Notes: a model not told the origin generated them from the letters alone. A stretch of DNA of 64,000 bases from an uncultured Bdellovibrionales bacterium (GCA_964624415.1 CAZUWR010000001.1:3855-67854); one strand, 5' to 3'. Shown: positions 48,931 through 58,741, counted from the first letter of the stretch. Made by a program: numbers and translations.

Positions 48931-49272
48931 TCAATCTTCGCAGATAGTTCGTTTATTGCATTGTCGCCATTGGAGCACACATTTTTCTAGAACATCCAAA
49001 TAGTGTCGGACACAAATACCCTTACCACCCGATTCCAGGTCTAAAGGATTGCCTCTGGTGACCTGAAAGCTATTATCGTCATCCGGCGTCTCATGACAGA
49101 TGATTTTACCTTTGACTACGACGTAGCAGGCACCGCCGCCCATCATACCAATGTATGGTCCTGGCACCTCGACGGTTTGCCCTGGCGGAATCGCAACATC
49201 TTCGCCGTATCCTACTCTGGTATCAAAGCAGAACGCGATGATTGCATAACCCGTGTTATTTGTGACTTGCAT
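48931..49272 (-). CDS. hypothetical Cys-containing protein
   Basis: Own minus-strand terminator (GCGGC..ACATAC..GTATGT..GCCGC then U-run) at 48870-48925; no homology. Confidence 0.35.
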   Translation of the reverse strand: MQVTNNTGYAIIAFCFDTRVGYGEDVAIPPGQTVEVPGPYIGMMGGGACYVVVKGKIICHETPDDDNSFQVTRGNPLDLESGGKGICVRHYLDVLEKCVLQWRQCNKRTICED

Positions 49273-49502
49273 CTGTATCTTCTCTGAAAATGTCGGTAAC
49301 TTTCCGACAGCGTATTGTAGGACAGTAAGCCTTCGATGTCAATATATGGGGTATAGCGTGTTTCGTTTGACAATAAGGAATGATTGGAGTACACTGGTGA
49401 ATAGAAAAGCCTGTGGGGGCTTTTTAAAAAACCCAAATTTCCATATTTCCGTAAAGTGGCTTATACAAGCATTTTATAGACATATCGGACCCAATACACG
49501 CT

Positions 49503-49691
49503 ATGAGCAACATCCTGAAGTTTATACAAGAAGCGAAAGTCGAGCTGATGAAGGTCACCTGGCCAAACAAGCAGCAGATCATCCAAAGCACGGTGCTGGT
49601 GGTCGGTTTGACCTTTGTGATGGCGGTTTTCCTCGGAGGACTGGACTATGGTTTTGGATATATTCTCAAATCATTTATCACCACAAAGTAG
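49503..49691 (+). CDS. secE: preprotein translocase subunit SecE
   Basis: Single TM with conserved KVTWP motif; precedes nusG. Confidence 0.8.
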   Translation: MSNILKFIQEAKVELMKVTWPNKQQIIQSTVLVVGLTFVMAVFLGGLDYGFGYILKSFITTK

Positions 49692-49748
49692 GACTTTTGA
49701 ATTTGGCACCTAATACATCGGTTTAAACATATTTTTAAATAACATCGT

Positions 49749-50294
49749 ATGGCAAAGCAAACTCAACATCACGGACGCGCCTGGTATGTGCTCCATACCT
49801 ATTCGGGATACGAGGACAATGTGTCCCGCAACCTCAAGCAGCGTATCGAATCTATGGATATGCAGGAGCTCATCTTCGATGTCATCGTCCCGAAGGAGAA
49901 GAAGATCAAGATCAAGGCGGGTAAGCGCACAGTGATCGAGGAGCGCATTTATCCGGGGTATGTGCTGGTGGATATGGTGGTGACGGACGCATCCTGGTAT
50001 GTGGTACGCAATACGCCAAATGTGACCGGTTTCATCGGACTGGGTACGACACCGACACCGGTAGACCCACGAGAAATCGAGCAGCTCAAGAAGCGTATGG
50101 GTGTGGAAGAGCCGAAGTACAAGATGGACGTCAAGCTCAATGATCCTGTCAAAATCACCGAAGGACCGTTCAAGAACTTCGAGGGCAAGATTCAGGAAGT
50201 GGACGAAGAGCGAGGCAAGGTTAAAGTGTTGGTTTCCTTGTTCGGACGTGAGACACCGGTTGAATTGGACTTCCTCCAGATTAAAAAGGTGTAA
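49749..50294 (+). CDS. nusG: transcription termination/antitermination factor NusG
   Basis: WYVLHTYSGYE NGN domain and C-terminal KOW (GDPVKITEGPFKNFEG). Confidence 0.9.
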   Translation: MAKQTQHHGRAWYVLHTYSGYEDNVSRNLKQRIESMDMQELIFDVIVPKEKKIKIKAGKRTVIEERIYPGYVLVDMVVTDASWYVVRNTPNVTGFIGLGTTPTPVDPREIEQLKKRMGVEEPKYKMDVKLNDPVKITEGPFKNFEGKIQEVDEERGKVKVLVSLFGRETPVELDFLQIKKV

Positions 50295-50339
50295 TGACAG
50301 TATTTCAGGTATAATAAGGTTTGCTAAAGAATTAAAGTT

Positions 50340-50765
50340 ATGGCGAAGAAAATCAAGACGATTATCAAGTTGCAAATCCAGGGCGGAAAGGCGAATCCAG
50401 CTCCTCCAGTCGGACCAGCACTCGGTCAGCACGGTCTCAATATCCAGGATTTTTGCGCGAAGTTCAATGACGCGACCCGGGATAAGATGGGCGATGTGAT
50501 TCCTGCAGAAATCACCGTATACGATGATCGCACTTTCACGTTCGTACTCAAGACTCCTCCTGCTGCTGAGCTGCTCAAGAAGGCTGCCAAGGCAACTAAG
50601 GGTGCTGCTAATCCGCTCAAAGAAAAGGTGGGAACGGTTACAACAGAGCAGTTGCGAGAAATCGCGGAGACCAAGATGGAGGATTTGAACGCGAACGATG
50701 TGGATATGGCGATGCGAATCGTCGCCGGAACTGCCCGTTCGATGGGTATTAAGGTAAGCGAGTAG
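50340..50765 (+). CDS. rplK: 50S ribosomal protein L11
   Basis: [26 protein letters not shown] canonical uL11. Confidence 0.95.
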   Translation: MAKKIKTIIKLQIQGGKANPAPPVGPALGQHGLNIQDFCAKFNDATRDKMGDVIPAEITVYDDRTFTFVLKTPPAAELLKKAAKATKGAANPLKEKVGTVTTEQLREIAETKMEDLNANDVDMAMRIVAGTARSMGIKVSE

Positions 50766-50942
50766 TTTTTGTAAGTAATTTTCTTGTGAAAAAGATTTTT
50801 TCATGACCACATGTGTACTCACATCGGTCTGGAAAAAATACTTTTTTAGCAAGAAAATAGCAACATTAAATATTGAGGAAGAGATTAATTTTTATCACAG
50901 TGGGAGCTTCGTTCGGCGAGGCGTCTGTACCACAACAAACAT

Positions 50943-51632
50943 ATGATACGAGGAAAAAAATACCGCGCAGCCGTTGAGAAGATCGAGAAGGAAAAAGACT
51001 ATTCTTTGGAAGAAGCTTTGACTTTCGTGAAGAGCAATGTGCTTGCAAAATTCGACGAGTCTGTTGAAGTGCACTTTAAGCTCGGCATCAACCCAAGCAA
51101 GGGTGAGGAGCAGGTCCGCTCTACCGCTATTTTGCCGCACGGTGTCGGACGATCCAAGAAGGTGGCCGTCATCACGACGACCAAGATGTCTGAGGCCAAG
51201 GAGGCTGGCGCCGATCTGATCGGTGGCGAAGAATTGATCGAGGATATCAAAAACGGGAAAGTGGTCGCCGGTGTCGATTTTGATATCGTTGTGGCTACTC
51301 CGGAAGCGATGCCGAAGCTCGCGAGTGTCGCGAAAATCCTCGGACCGAAAGGTTTGATGCCGAACCCGAAGACGGAAACGGTGACGACCAAGGTCAAGGA
51401 CGTCGTGGATGCCTTGAAGAAGGGAAGTAAGGTAAGCTTCAAAAACGACAAGAGCGGAAACATCCATCAGGTGATCGGTAAGCTTTCATTTGATGTCGCG
51501 CAGCTCAAAGACAATTATCAGGCAGTATTCGATGTTCTGCAAAAAGCCAAGCCCGAGACGATGAAGGGTTGCTATATCCAGTCTATCGCTCTGTGCTCGA
51601 CTATGGGACCGGCTGTCAAAATCAAGGCGTAA
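50943..51632 (+). CDS. rplA: 50S ribosomal protein L1
   Basis: Canonical uL1 pattern (KFDESVEVHFKLGI..). Confidence 0.95.
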   Translation: MIRGKKYRAAVEKIEKEKDYSLEEALTFVKSNVLAKFDESVEVHFKLGINPSKGEEQVRSTAILPHGVGRSKKVAVITTTKMSEAKEAGADLIGGEELIEDIKNGKVVAGVDFDIVVATPEAMPKLASVAKILGPKGLMPNPKTETVTTKVKDVVDALKKGSKVSFKNDKSGNIHQVIGKLSFDVAQLKDNYQAVFDVLQKAKPETMKGCYIQSIALCSTMGPAVKIKA

Positions 51633-51643
51633 CGTTTGGCGCT

Positions 51644-51741
51644 GTCATACTGAGCGTAGTCGACCGCGTGTCGCCTTTAGCTTTAGCGGTGGCACAAGGA
51701 TCTTAAGTTGATAGAAGATGTCAAAATGAATTCGGCATGAC
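51644..51741. repeat. degenerate copy of palindromic repeat family (GTCATACTGAGCGTAGTCGAC ... CATGAC)
   Basis: 21-mer closely matches reverse complement of 41708/59189 unit. Confidence 0.35.
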
Positions 51742-51749
51742 AGACAAGA

Positions 51750-51775
51750 ATCGCTCTTTTGGGAGCGGTTTTTTG
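51750..51775 (+). terminator. rho-independent terminator after rplA
   Basis: TCGCTC..GAGCGG hairpin then T6. Confidence 0.45.
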
Positions 51776-51863
51776 TTGACAATCAAGTGATAGTGGGTAA
51801 TAATGGAATATCCATTCGTGGATAGGCAGACAGTTATTTTCAAATTAAATAGAGGGGGATGAT

Positions 51864-52190
51864 ATGGATGATAGATTATCTGAGGAAATAGTGTCTCATA
51901 AAGAGTGCCAGCGATTGTTCTACGAAGCTATTTTACGGGTCTTGGGAGAAAAACAGGTAAACAGACTTTCCTATACGGAAGTCCAGAGAATATTTGTAGA
52001 AAGTGGTTTTTGTAAGATATCTGGACATAGGGGCTCTCAGTTGGCGATTGTTTTATATGCCGGAAAAGTTTCAAGAAGTCGCAAGAAGGTATATTTTGAA
52101 GAACTGGGTATATGCGAACGCGCATATACCTTTAATGTGGCGATAATTCGTCAAAAACTTGAAATTGAGGAGATACAAAATGAAAAATAA
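51864..52190 (+). CDS. hypothetical protein
   Basis: Overlaps start of next gene (coupled); no homology. Confidence 0.3.
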   Translation: MDDRLSEEIVSHKECQRLFYEAILRVLGEKQVNRLSYTEVQRIFVESGFCKISGHRGSQLAIVLYAGKVSRSRKKVYFEELGICERAYTFNVAIIRQKLEIEEIQNEK

Positions 52191-52947
52191 TCCATATATC
52201 GGAGTAACTGGTTTTATGCAGAGAGGGGAAGTGGATGCAGTTCTCCAATCTGTTCCCGAAGAAGCGAAGCGATGGCTGATGATCGGCGTCCTGGTCAGCT
52301 CCAAAACGCTCGATGGTGTTCCGAATAAGTGGCCGGGAAGATATCCGAGTGTCGATACGATTGCAGGAATTTTTCACGAACATCCGGCGGCGTTTAATCT
52401 CGTCCATTTTTCTACCGATACGCCCGAGCGATTGCTTGAGCAGATGGTGAGAATTACAGAATTGGGTGGCGAGCATTTCCATGGCTTTCAGTTGAATATG
52501 AAATGGCCGGATTCTGGAATTATCCGTAGATATAAGGATGAGTTCCCTGATAAAGCTATCGTGCTTCAATGCGGTCACTCGGCCTTGAAGGCGGTTGGTT
52601 TTAATCCATCACGACTTTCTGCGGCGGTGAGAAATTACGAGGGTATCTGCGACTATGTACTCATTGATCTTAGTGGCGGCCTTGGAAAACCGCTGGATGT
52701 TTATGATAGTGCCCGGTACTTGGCCTATTTGAATGTTGATATCTCGATGAATCTGGGAATTGCCGGTGGATTGAACGCGGATACGCTTACCGAATTGTTT
52801 GTGCCGATTGCGAGGGCATTTCCAAATATAAGTATAGATGCGGAGGGGAAGCTTCGTACTGATACTGACAATCTCGATATTCAAAAGGCAAAAGCCTTTG
52901 TCTCTTCTGCTTATGATATTTGTAGCAAGTATGATGATGAATTCTAA
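52180..52947 (+). CDS. phosphoribosylanthranilate isomerase-like TIM-barrel protein (TrpF family-like)
   Basis: VLIDLSGGLGKPLD, GIAGGLNADTL and DIQKAKAFV segments resemble TrpF motifs; no other trp genes nearby. Confidence 0.4.
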   Translation: MKNNPYIGVTGFMQRGEVDAVLQSVPEEAKRWLMIGVLVSSKTLDGVPNKWPGRYPSVDTIAGIFHEHPAAFNLVHFSTDTPERLLEQMVRITELGGEHFHGFQLNMKWPDSGIIRRYKDEFPDKAIVLQCGHSALKAVGFNPSRLSAAVRNYEGICDYVLIDLSGGLGKPLDVYDSARYLAYLNVDISMNLGIAGGLNADTLTELFVPIARAFPNISIDAEGKLRTDTDNLDIQKAKAFVSSAYDICSKYDDEF

Positions 52948-53125
52948 ATAGCTGCCAATGAGCGGTACGGTCGAAAGCGAGGTGTCTTATATAAGCACCT
53001 TGCTTTTTTCTTTCTACTCGAAAGTGAGAGCATCTTTTCGCCTGATGAGGGCGGTTTTTTGTTTTGTCCGGATATGATACAATAGGTGAGTAGAGTCAAA
53101 TATAAGCCTTTAAAGAGATACTGCT

Positions 53126-53806
53126 ATGGCGCATTTTGAGATAGAAATCAAAAGTTTACTGGGTGATGTGGCTAATGCCGACGCTTTTCGCGAGAAGCTT
53201 TTCGCCTTGCCGGACGGCGCGAAATTGAAAGGGAAAAACTCCCAATTGAATCACTACTTCATCCTGGACGATGCTCAGACATTGCTTGATGCCGTGGCGC
53301 ATTTTTTTTCCGAGGAACATCAGGCGAGTTTGAAAAAAGTTTTGCTAGAAGGAAAGAAGCATTCTATTCGGACACGCGAAGTCGATGGGAAAGTCCTGCT
53401 CGTCGTGAAAGCATCCATTGGTGATGATGGATCGAGCTCGAACGGCATATCGAGAATGGAATTTGAGCAGGAAGTCCCGGGCGTTTCTTTGGTGGCATTG
53501 GACGAGGTGCTCTTGAAGGCTGGTCTGAAGTATCAGGCGAAGTGGTCTCGGGAGCGCGAGGAATACACGCTGGGCGATGTGTCTGTGTGTCTGGATAAGA
53601 ATGCCGGCTACGGGTATCTGGTCGAATTTGAGAAGGTGATCCACGATGCGAGCGAAGCGGAGGAGACAAAGCGATCGCTCTTTGAGTTGATGGAGAAGCT
53701 TGATGTCGAAGAATTACCGCAGGATCGATTGGAGAGGATGTTCGCCCATTACAATGCGCACTGGGATGAATACTACGGGACAGATAATGTGTTTACTATA
53801 GAATAA
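53126..53806 (+). CDS. CYTH-domain protein (triphosphate tunnel metalloenzyme)
   Basis: N-terminal EIEIK motif and alternating acidic beta-strand pattern. Confidence 0.55.
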   Translation: MAHFEIEIKSLLGDVANADAFREKLFALPDGAKLKGKNSQLNHYFILDDAQTLLDAVAHFFSEEHQASLKKVLLEGKKHSIRTREVDGKVLLVVKASIGDDGSSSNGISRMEFEQEVPGVSLVALDEVLLKAGLKYQAKWSREREEYTLGDVSVCLDKNAGYGYLVEFEKVIHDASEAEETKRSLFELMEKLDVEELPQDRLERMFAHYNAHWDEYYGTDNVFTIE

Positions 53807-53834
53807 ACAATAAATCATTTATTACAGTACGACT

Positions 53835-54398
53835 ATGTTTCTTTCGGATATCGATATACGCAAAGCGGTTGAGGATGGACGGATAACTATCAAGGATTTC
53901 GATGAGACGCGGTTGCAGCCGGCCAGTTACGATGTGCTCTTGGGGAATAAGTTTGTGATCACCGATGCTCACTCTACGGAGGCGATCGATCCAGTGAAAA
54001 AGGTTTTTCCCAAGACACGGGAGATTATCGTGGAGGACGGCGAGAGTTTCGTGCTGCATCCGCATATGTCGGTGCTCGGTACGCTCAAAGACTATGTCGG
54101 CACAAAAGAATTCCTCATTCAGCTGTCGGGCAAGAGCAGCTTGGCGCGTATAGGCCTGGCGGTGCACAATACGGCTGGCATCATCAATCCGGGTCATTTC
54201 CTGCATATGACGCTCGAGCTCGCCAATTTCAATACCGTGCCGATTATTTTGCGGCCTGGTATGCCGATCGCGCAGTTCACTTTCTCGGAACTGACGCATT
54301 CGGTGCAGCACGATTACAGCGAGGTCGGTCGGTTTAACGGCGATAACTGGAAAAAGAATTTCGCCCCTCCGAAGAAAAGAAAAGCCGTCAAAAAATAA
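53835..54398 (+). CDS. dcd: dCTP deaminase
   Basis: dCTP deaminase/dUTPase-fold N-terminus (LSDIDIRKAVEDGRI..YDVLLGNKF). Confidence 0.85.
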   Translation: MFLSDIDIRKAVEDGRITIKDFDETRLQPASYDVLLGNKFVITDAHSTEAIDPVKKVFPKTREIIVEDGESFVLHPHMSVLGTLKDYVGTKEFLIQLSGKSSLARIGLAVHNTAGIINPGHFLHMTLELANFNTVPIILRPGMPIAQFTFSELTHSVQHDYSEVGRFNGDNWKKNFAPPKKRKAVKK

Positions 54399-54417
54399 CT
54401 GATTTTCAAACACCATT

Positions 54418-55413
54418 ATGACTCCAAATAAACATCCTGAGCAGCAGTATCTGGATCTGTTGCAAGACATTCTCGACAATGGCATCAAACAGACGGATAA
54501 AGGCACGGGCGATGTGACATACAGCGTCTTTGGTCGGCAGATCCGATTCGATTTGAAAGACGGGTTCCCATTGCTCACAACCAAGAAAGTGTATTGGAAG
54601 GGTGTGCTGCATGAGTTGTATTGGTTCTTGTCAGGACAATCGAATGTGGAATACCTCATCGATAACGATGTGCATATTTGGGATGATTATCCATACAAGA
54701 TATATCGTGAGCGTGTGCTCAAAGAGGGTTTGCAAGAAATGACCAAAGAGGAATTTGTGGAGAAGGTAAAGACTGACGATGTGTTTGCAGAGAAGTATGG
54801 CACTCTGAAGCATATCTACGGTGAAATGTGGCGGCACTGGCCAGCTAAGGACGGCCGCGGAATCGACCAGCTTCGTTGGGCGGTCAACGAAATCACACAG
54901 GATCCGGATTGTCACAATGCTATTGTGAATTCATGGAATCCTGAATACTTGTACGCGATGGCAAAACCGGAAGAAGCATCGCGATTCCCGATCTGCCACA
55001 GTATGTATCAGCTCAATGTCAAAGATGGCAAAGTATCGCTTCAACTCTATCAACGATCGGCTGATATGTTTTTGGGTGTGCCGTTCAATATCGCCAGCTA
55101 TGCTTTGCTTGTATTGATTATTGCGCGAGCGACAGGTTATGAGCCTGGGGAATTCATCCACACGTTTGGGGATGTGCATATTTACGGTGATCATATCGAG
55201 CAGGTAAAAGAACAATTGGCGCGCAATCCTCATCCGTTTCCAACAGTAAATATCAGTGAAGACGTGAAAGATATCGATGACTTCCGACCTGAACACGCTA
55301 CGCTTTCGAACTATGTCTCGCATGACCCTATCAAAGCGAAGCTTGCCGCAGTGGGTGGTGTGACGACCGATGACTGGAAGCAGCATGTTGGTAAGAAAGA
55401 TAAAAATGCCTAA
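54418..55413 (+). CDS. thyA: thymidylate synthase (with C-terminal extension)
   Basis: ELYWFLSG and active-site PICHSMYQ motifs. Confidence 0.95.
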   Translation: MTPNKHPEQQYLDLLQDILDNGIKQTDKGTGDVTYSVFGRQIRFDLKDGFPLLTTKKVYWKGVLHELYWFLSGQSNVEYLIDNDVHIWDDYPYKIYRERVLKEGLQEMTKEEFVEKVKTDDVFAEKYGTLKHIYGEMWRHWPAKDGRGIDQLRWAVNEITQDPDCHNAIVNSWNPEYLYAMAKPEEASRFPICHSMYQLNVKDGKVSLQLYQRSADMFLGVPFNIASYALLVLIIARATGYEPGEFIHTFGDVHIYGDHIEQVKEQLARNPHPFPTVNISEDVKDIDDFRPEHATLSNYVSHDPIKAKLAAVGGVTTDDWKQHVGKKDKNA

Positions 55414-55434
55414 GTTTGTATCAAAAGAACCTCT

Positions 55435-55929
55435 ATGAGACTTTCTATCATCGCCGCCATCGGCAAGCATCGCGAACTGGGCAAAAACAATGCGCTTCTG
55501 TGGGATATACCCGAGGATATGCGTCATTTTCGCGAGCTCACCACCGGGCATACGGTGCTGATGGGGCAGAAGACCTATGAATCCATCGGAAGGCCTCTGC
55601 CGAATCGCCGCAATATCATCCTGACGATAGACAAAAGTTTCACGGCCGAGGGGTGCATCATTTGCTATTCGCTGGAAGAAGCCTTGGCGAAAGCGCGGGA
55701 AATTGAGCCGGAAGAGGCGTTTGTTATCGGCGGAGGCTCAGTCTATGCGCAGGCGCTCCCTTTCGCGGAGAGACTGTACCTGACCCTGGTGGATGGTACA
55801 TTCGAAGCAGATGTCTTTTTCCCTTATTACAAAGCCTTTTCTCGGGTTATCGAGCGCAGGGATGGTGGTGATGAGAATTATAAGTATTCCTTTATTGTAT
55901 TGGAAAAGGTGGTTAAAGATTGTAAATAA
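55435..55929 (+). CDS. folA: dihydrofolate reductase
   Basis: IAAIGKHRELGKNNALLW..LMGQKTYESIGRPLPNRRNIILT. Confidence 0.9.
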   Translation: MRLSIIAAIGKHRELGKNNALLWDIPEDMRHFRELTTGHTVLMGQKTYESIGRPLPNRRNIILTIDKSFTAEGCIICYSLEEALAKAREIEPEEAFVIGGGSVYAQALPFAERLYLTLVDGTFEADVFFPYYKAFSRVIERRDGGDENYKYSFIVLEKVVKDCK

Positions 55930-55953
55930 GCTCTAGTTGTGATATTTTAGGAA

Positions 55954-56277
55954 GTGAAGACCCTGTTAAATTTGAGGTGTATATGTATGGGAGAATTGGT
56001 TTGGAGAAGAATTATTGTTATATCATTGGTGAGTGTGATTATAGGTGGTTTTGCCGAAATCATTCTTATGCCAGTATTTTATAGGATCAGCTACTCTTTT
56101 GGTGGAGTGACCATGTTTTATTTTCCAGTTATTGCGAGTATACTTGGCGCTGTCATCTTATCATGCAGGAAGACTGATCGACACCGCATTCTTACTGGTA
56201 TCGTAACCTTTCTCATTTCGATCGCACTATTTTTTTTGTCTTTTCCTATCCTTTGGTATCTTTATTTTGGACTTTAG
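55954..56277 (+). CDS. small hypothetical membrane protein
   Basis: 3 TM helices; no homology. Confidence 0.3.
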   Translation: MKTLLNLRCICMGELVWRRIIVISLVSVIIGGFAEIILMPVFYRISYSFGGVTMFYFPVIASILGAVILSCRKTDRHRILTGIVTFLISIALFFLSFPILWYLYFGL

Positions 56278-56304
56278 TTTTATTAAGCTGTTATCTGAAC
56301 TTTT

Positions 56305-57774
56305 ATGAAATACACACCTGTCATCGGCATGGAAGTGCATGTCGAATTGAAGACCAAATCCAAGATGTTTTGCTCGTGCAAGAACGGCTTGGGACTGGAG
56401 AAAACCCCCAATGTCAATATCTGCCCCGTGTGCACCGCGCAGCCGGGGACACTGCCCGTGCCCAATCGCCAGGCGATAGAATTCGTGCAGAAGGCCGGAC
56501 TGGCACTCAATTGTGATATACGCCTCTTGTCGAAATTCGATCGCAAGAACTATTTTTACCCGGATATTCCCAAGGGCTATCAGATTTCCCAGTACGATGA
56601 GCCGCTGTGCGAGAAAGGCGTCATCAGTATCGACGGGAAGGACATCCGCATCACGCGTATCCATATGGAGGAGGATACCGGGAAATCCAATCATCCCAAT
56701 GGCGCAGACTATACACTGGTAGATTTCAATCGTGCCGGTGTGCCGCTGATGGAATTGGTGACCGAGGCAGACTTGTCGAATGGCAAGGAAACTCGCGCTT
56801 TCTGTCAGCGCCTGCAGCAGACGCTGCGCTATATCGGTATCTCGGATGCGGATATGGAGAAAGGGCAGATGCGTTGCGAGGTGAACATATCCCTCCACAA
56901 GGAGGGTGCCGATCGCTTGAGCGGTACCAAAGCGGAGATCAAAAATATCAATTCATTCCGCGCTGTCGAACGGGCTATCGATTTCGAAATCAAGCGCCAG
57001 TCGGAGCTTTTGGATGCGGGAGAAAAAGTGGTGCAAGAAACTCGCGGGTGGGATGAAAACAAGAGCGCGACCGTCTCGCAGCGCAAGAAGGAATCCGCGC
57101 ATGACTATCGCTACTTCCCGGAGCCGGATATCCCGCCGCTTCACTTCACGCAAGACTATGTGGAGGCATTGCGCGCTTCTTTGCCGGAGCTTCCGCAGGC
57201 CAAAGAAGTGCGTTTCCAGGAGGAATACAAGCTCAATGTCGATGACGCGATTATGCTCGCTTCCGATAAGGATTTGGCGGCATATTTTGAAAATGTCATT
57301 ACCGAACTTTCAGCCAAGATCGATGCCAAAGAAGTGAGCGCGACCCTGGAGAAACTTGTCAAGCTCACCGCTAACTATATCATTTCAGAACTGCGCAAGC
57401 ACTTTATCAAGACCGGCGAAACCATCCGCGATATCCGTATCACTCCCGAGAACTTCGCCGAGCTCATCGGTTTCATCGGGGATGGCAAGATCAACTCCAG
57501 TGCCGCCCAGACGGTACTTGAAATTATGTATCAGGGTGAGGATAGCGATCCATCGCATATCATCGAGGAAAAAAACCTGGGACAGATGAGTGATGCCTCT
57601 GCGCTCGAAACCGTCGTAGATGCTGTCTTGGCAGCCAATCAGCAGTCGGTGGAGGACTACAAGAATGGCAAACAAGCGGCCTTCCAGTTCCTTATCGGGC
57701 AGGTGATGAAGGAAACCAAAGGCAAGGCCAATCCGCAGGTGGCGGGCGAATCGCTCAAGAAGCGTCTTCAGTAG
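56305..57774 (+). CDS. gatB: aspartyl/glutamyl-tRNA(Asn/Gln) amidotransferase subunit B
   Basis: Canonical GatB N-terminus GMEVHVELKTKSKMFCSC and full length. Confidence 0.95.
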   Translation: MKYTPVIGMEVHVELKTKSKMFCSCKNGLGLEKTPNVNICPVCTAQPGTLPVPNRQAIEFVQKAGLALNCDIRLLSKFDRKNYFYPDIPKGYQISQYDEPLCEKGVISIDGKDIRITRIHMEEDTGKSNHPNGADYTLVDFNRAGVPLMELVTEADLSNGKETRAFCQRLQQTLRYIGISDADMEKGQMRCEVNISLHKEGADRLSGTKAEIKNINSFRAVERAIDFEIKRQSELLDAGEKVVQETRGWDENKSATVSQRKKESAHDYRYFPEPDIPPLHFTQDYVEALRASLPELPQAKEVRFQEEYKLNVDDAIMLASDKDLAAYFENVITELSAKIDAKEVSATLEKLVKLTANYIISELRKHFIKTGETIRDIRITPENFAELIGFIGDGKINSSAAQTVLEIMYQGEDSDPSHIIEEKNLGQMSDASALETVVDAVLAANQQSVEDYKNGKQAAFQFLIGQVMKETKGKANPQVAGESLKKRLQ

Positions 57775-57801
57775 ATGTGCGATACAAAGAATACAAAAAC
57801 C

Positions 57802-57835
57802 GCTTTCCGGCTCAGGAGAGCGGTTTTTAAGTACA
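57802..57835 (+). terminator. rho-independent terminator after gatB
   Basis: ACCGCTTTCC..GGAGAGCGGT hairpin + T5. Confidence 0.5.
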
Positions 57836-57851
57836 CTTTTGTCACTATCTC

Positions 57852-57880
57852 TTGACAAAATGAGGAGAGGGTGCTATAGT
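57852..57880 (+). promoter_or_regulatory. strong sigma70-type promoter (TTGACA-17-TATAGT)
   Basis: Consensus -35, 17-nt spacer, near-consensus -10; precedes small-ORF cluster. Confidence 0.5.
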
Positions 57881-57939
57881 GAAGGAGCAGTACCCAAAAG
57901 ACAATAATTACATAAAAATCAAAAAACAGGAGAAGTGCT

Positions 57940-58038
57940 ATGAGCACGTTTTTAGAATTAGTATTTCTAGGGGTTATTTTTTTCTTTGTATTGAAGGCGC
58001 ATAAAAATAATACGGCGCCCTTAAATACTGATGAGTAG
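57940..58038 (+). CDS. 32-aa hydrophobic peptide (single TM)
   Basis: ACAGGAGAAG RBS 6 nt upstream; MSTFLELVFLGVIFFFVLKAHKNN.. Confidence 0.35.
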   Translation: MSTFLELVFLGVIFFFVLKAHKNNTAPLNTDE

Positions 58039-58047
58039 GAGAACGAA

Positions 58048-58224
58048 ATGACTGTAAAACAAATACTGGCTAAATTTTCAGCAAAAGAAGAGGGTGATAA
58101 TGGGAATTTTGGACTGGAAGATGCTCAAGAGCACAATGTCCAAGAGCATCAAAAAACTCTTCCCGCATTGCTCTTGCGGGATGCTGAAAATTTCAAAGAT
58201 TACCAGTGGCAACACTTTTTTTAA
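58048..58224 (+). CDS. 58-aa acidic small protein
   Basis: TAGGAGAA RBS; 9 nt after previous stop; followed by strong terminator. Confidence 0.35.
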   Translation: MTVKQILAKFSAKEEGDNGNFGLEDAQEHNVQEHQKTLPALLLRDAENFKDYQWQHFF

Positions 58225-58225
58225 A

Positions 58226-58270
58226 TAGAGCTAGGCGCCGCGTACTGAACTTCAGTCCGGCGCCAAAAAT
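58226..58270 (+). terminator. rho-independent terminator
   Basis: Long perfect hairpin GGCGCCGCGTACTGAAcTTCAGTCCGGCGCC followed by A5T4. Confidence 0.55.
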
Positions 58271-58275
58271 TTTAT

Positions 58276-58383
58276 TTGACAACTTTCTTAGGAGGAGTAT
58301 ACTTGAAACTAATGAAAAGAAAGCTCAACATTTTAGCAGTCTATACGAAGTGATATCATCACCCCTGTGGGTGATTTTTTTTG
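58276..58383 (+). promoter_or_regulatory. promoter (TTGACA-16-TATACT) + 13-codon leader ORF (MKRKLNILAVYTK) + intrinsic terminator = putative attenuator
   Basis: Leader stop codon 5 nt before ATCACCC-CTGT-GGGTGAT hairpin followed by T8. Confidence 0.4.
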
Positions 58384-58447
58384 AGCCGATTTTCGCACTT
58401 GTTGTTTAACAACAGAATAATCAAATATTGAGTAAGGAGAATGTGTT

Positions 58448-58741
58448 ATGAATGATTCTAAAATGAGACAACCATCATTAAACTTTCTGGTAGAATCTCC
58501 AGCTTGTGACCTGATGCCCGATGGTGGTTGGTGTGATGTGCCTTTTCTACGGAGTTTACTCCCTTCAGAGCAAAGATGTAATTGCGCAAAGTACGGAAAG
58601 TGCATTATACGGGAATTGCCAAAAATCGATAATCATTCTATGGTTACGATACTTTTTTATAATCAAGCACAGGGAACCCCTGTTCCTGTTGATAAAATTC
58701 GATCAGCAATCAGTTTATATTGTGAAGCTCACAGTGTTTGA
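58448..58741 (+). CDS. hypothetical 97-aa Cys-containing protein
   Basis: AAGGAGAA RBS; downstream of attenuator; no homology. Confidence 0.4.
   Translation: MNDSKMRQPSLNFLVESPACDLMPDGGWCDVPFLRSLLPSEQRCNCAKYGKCIIRELPKIDNHSMVTILFYNQAQGTPVPVDKIRSAISLYCEAHSV

Noticed and set aside
49710-50852. 380-aa minus-strand ORF
   Set aside because: It spans the intergenic spaces of nusG, rplK and the rplA start on the opposite strand, which is impossible as a real gene alongside three universally conserved genes.
56227-56898. 223-aa minus-strand ORF
   Set aside because: Antisense shadow ORF inside gatB.
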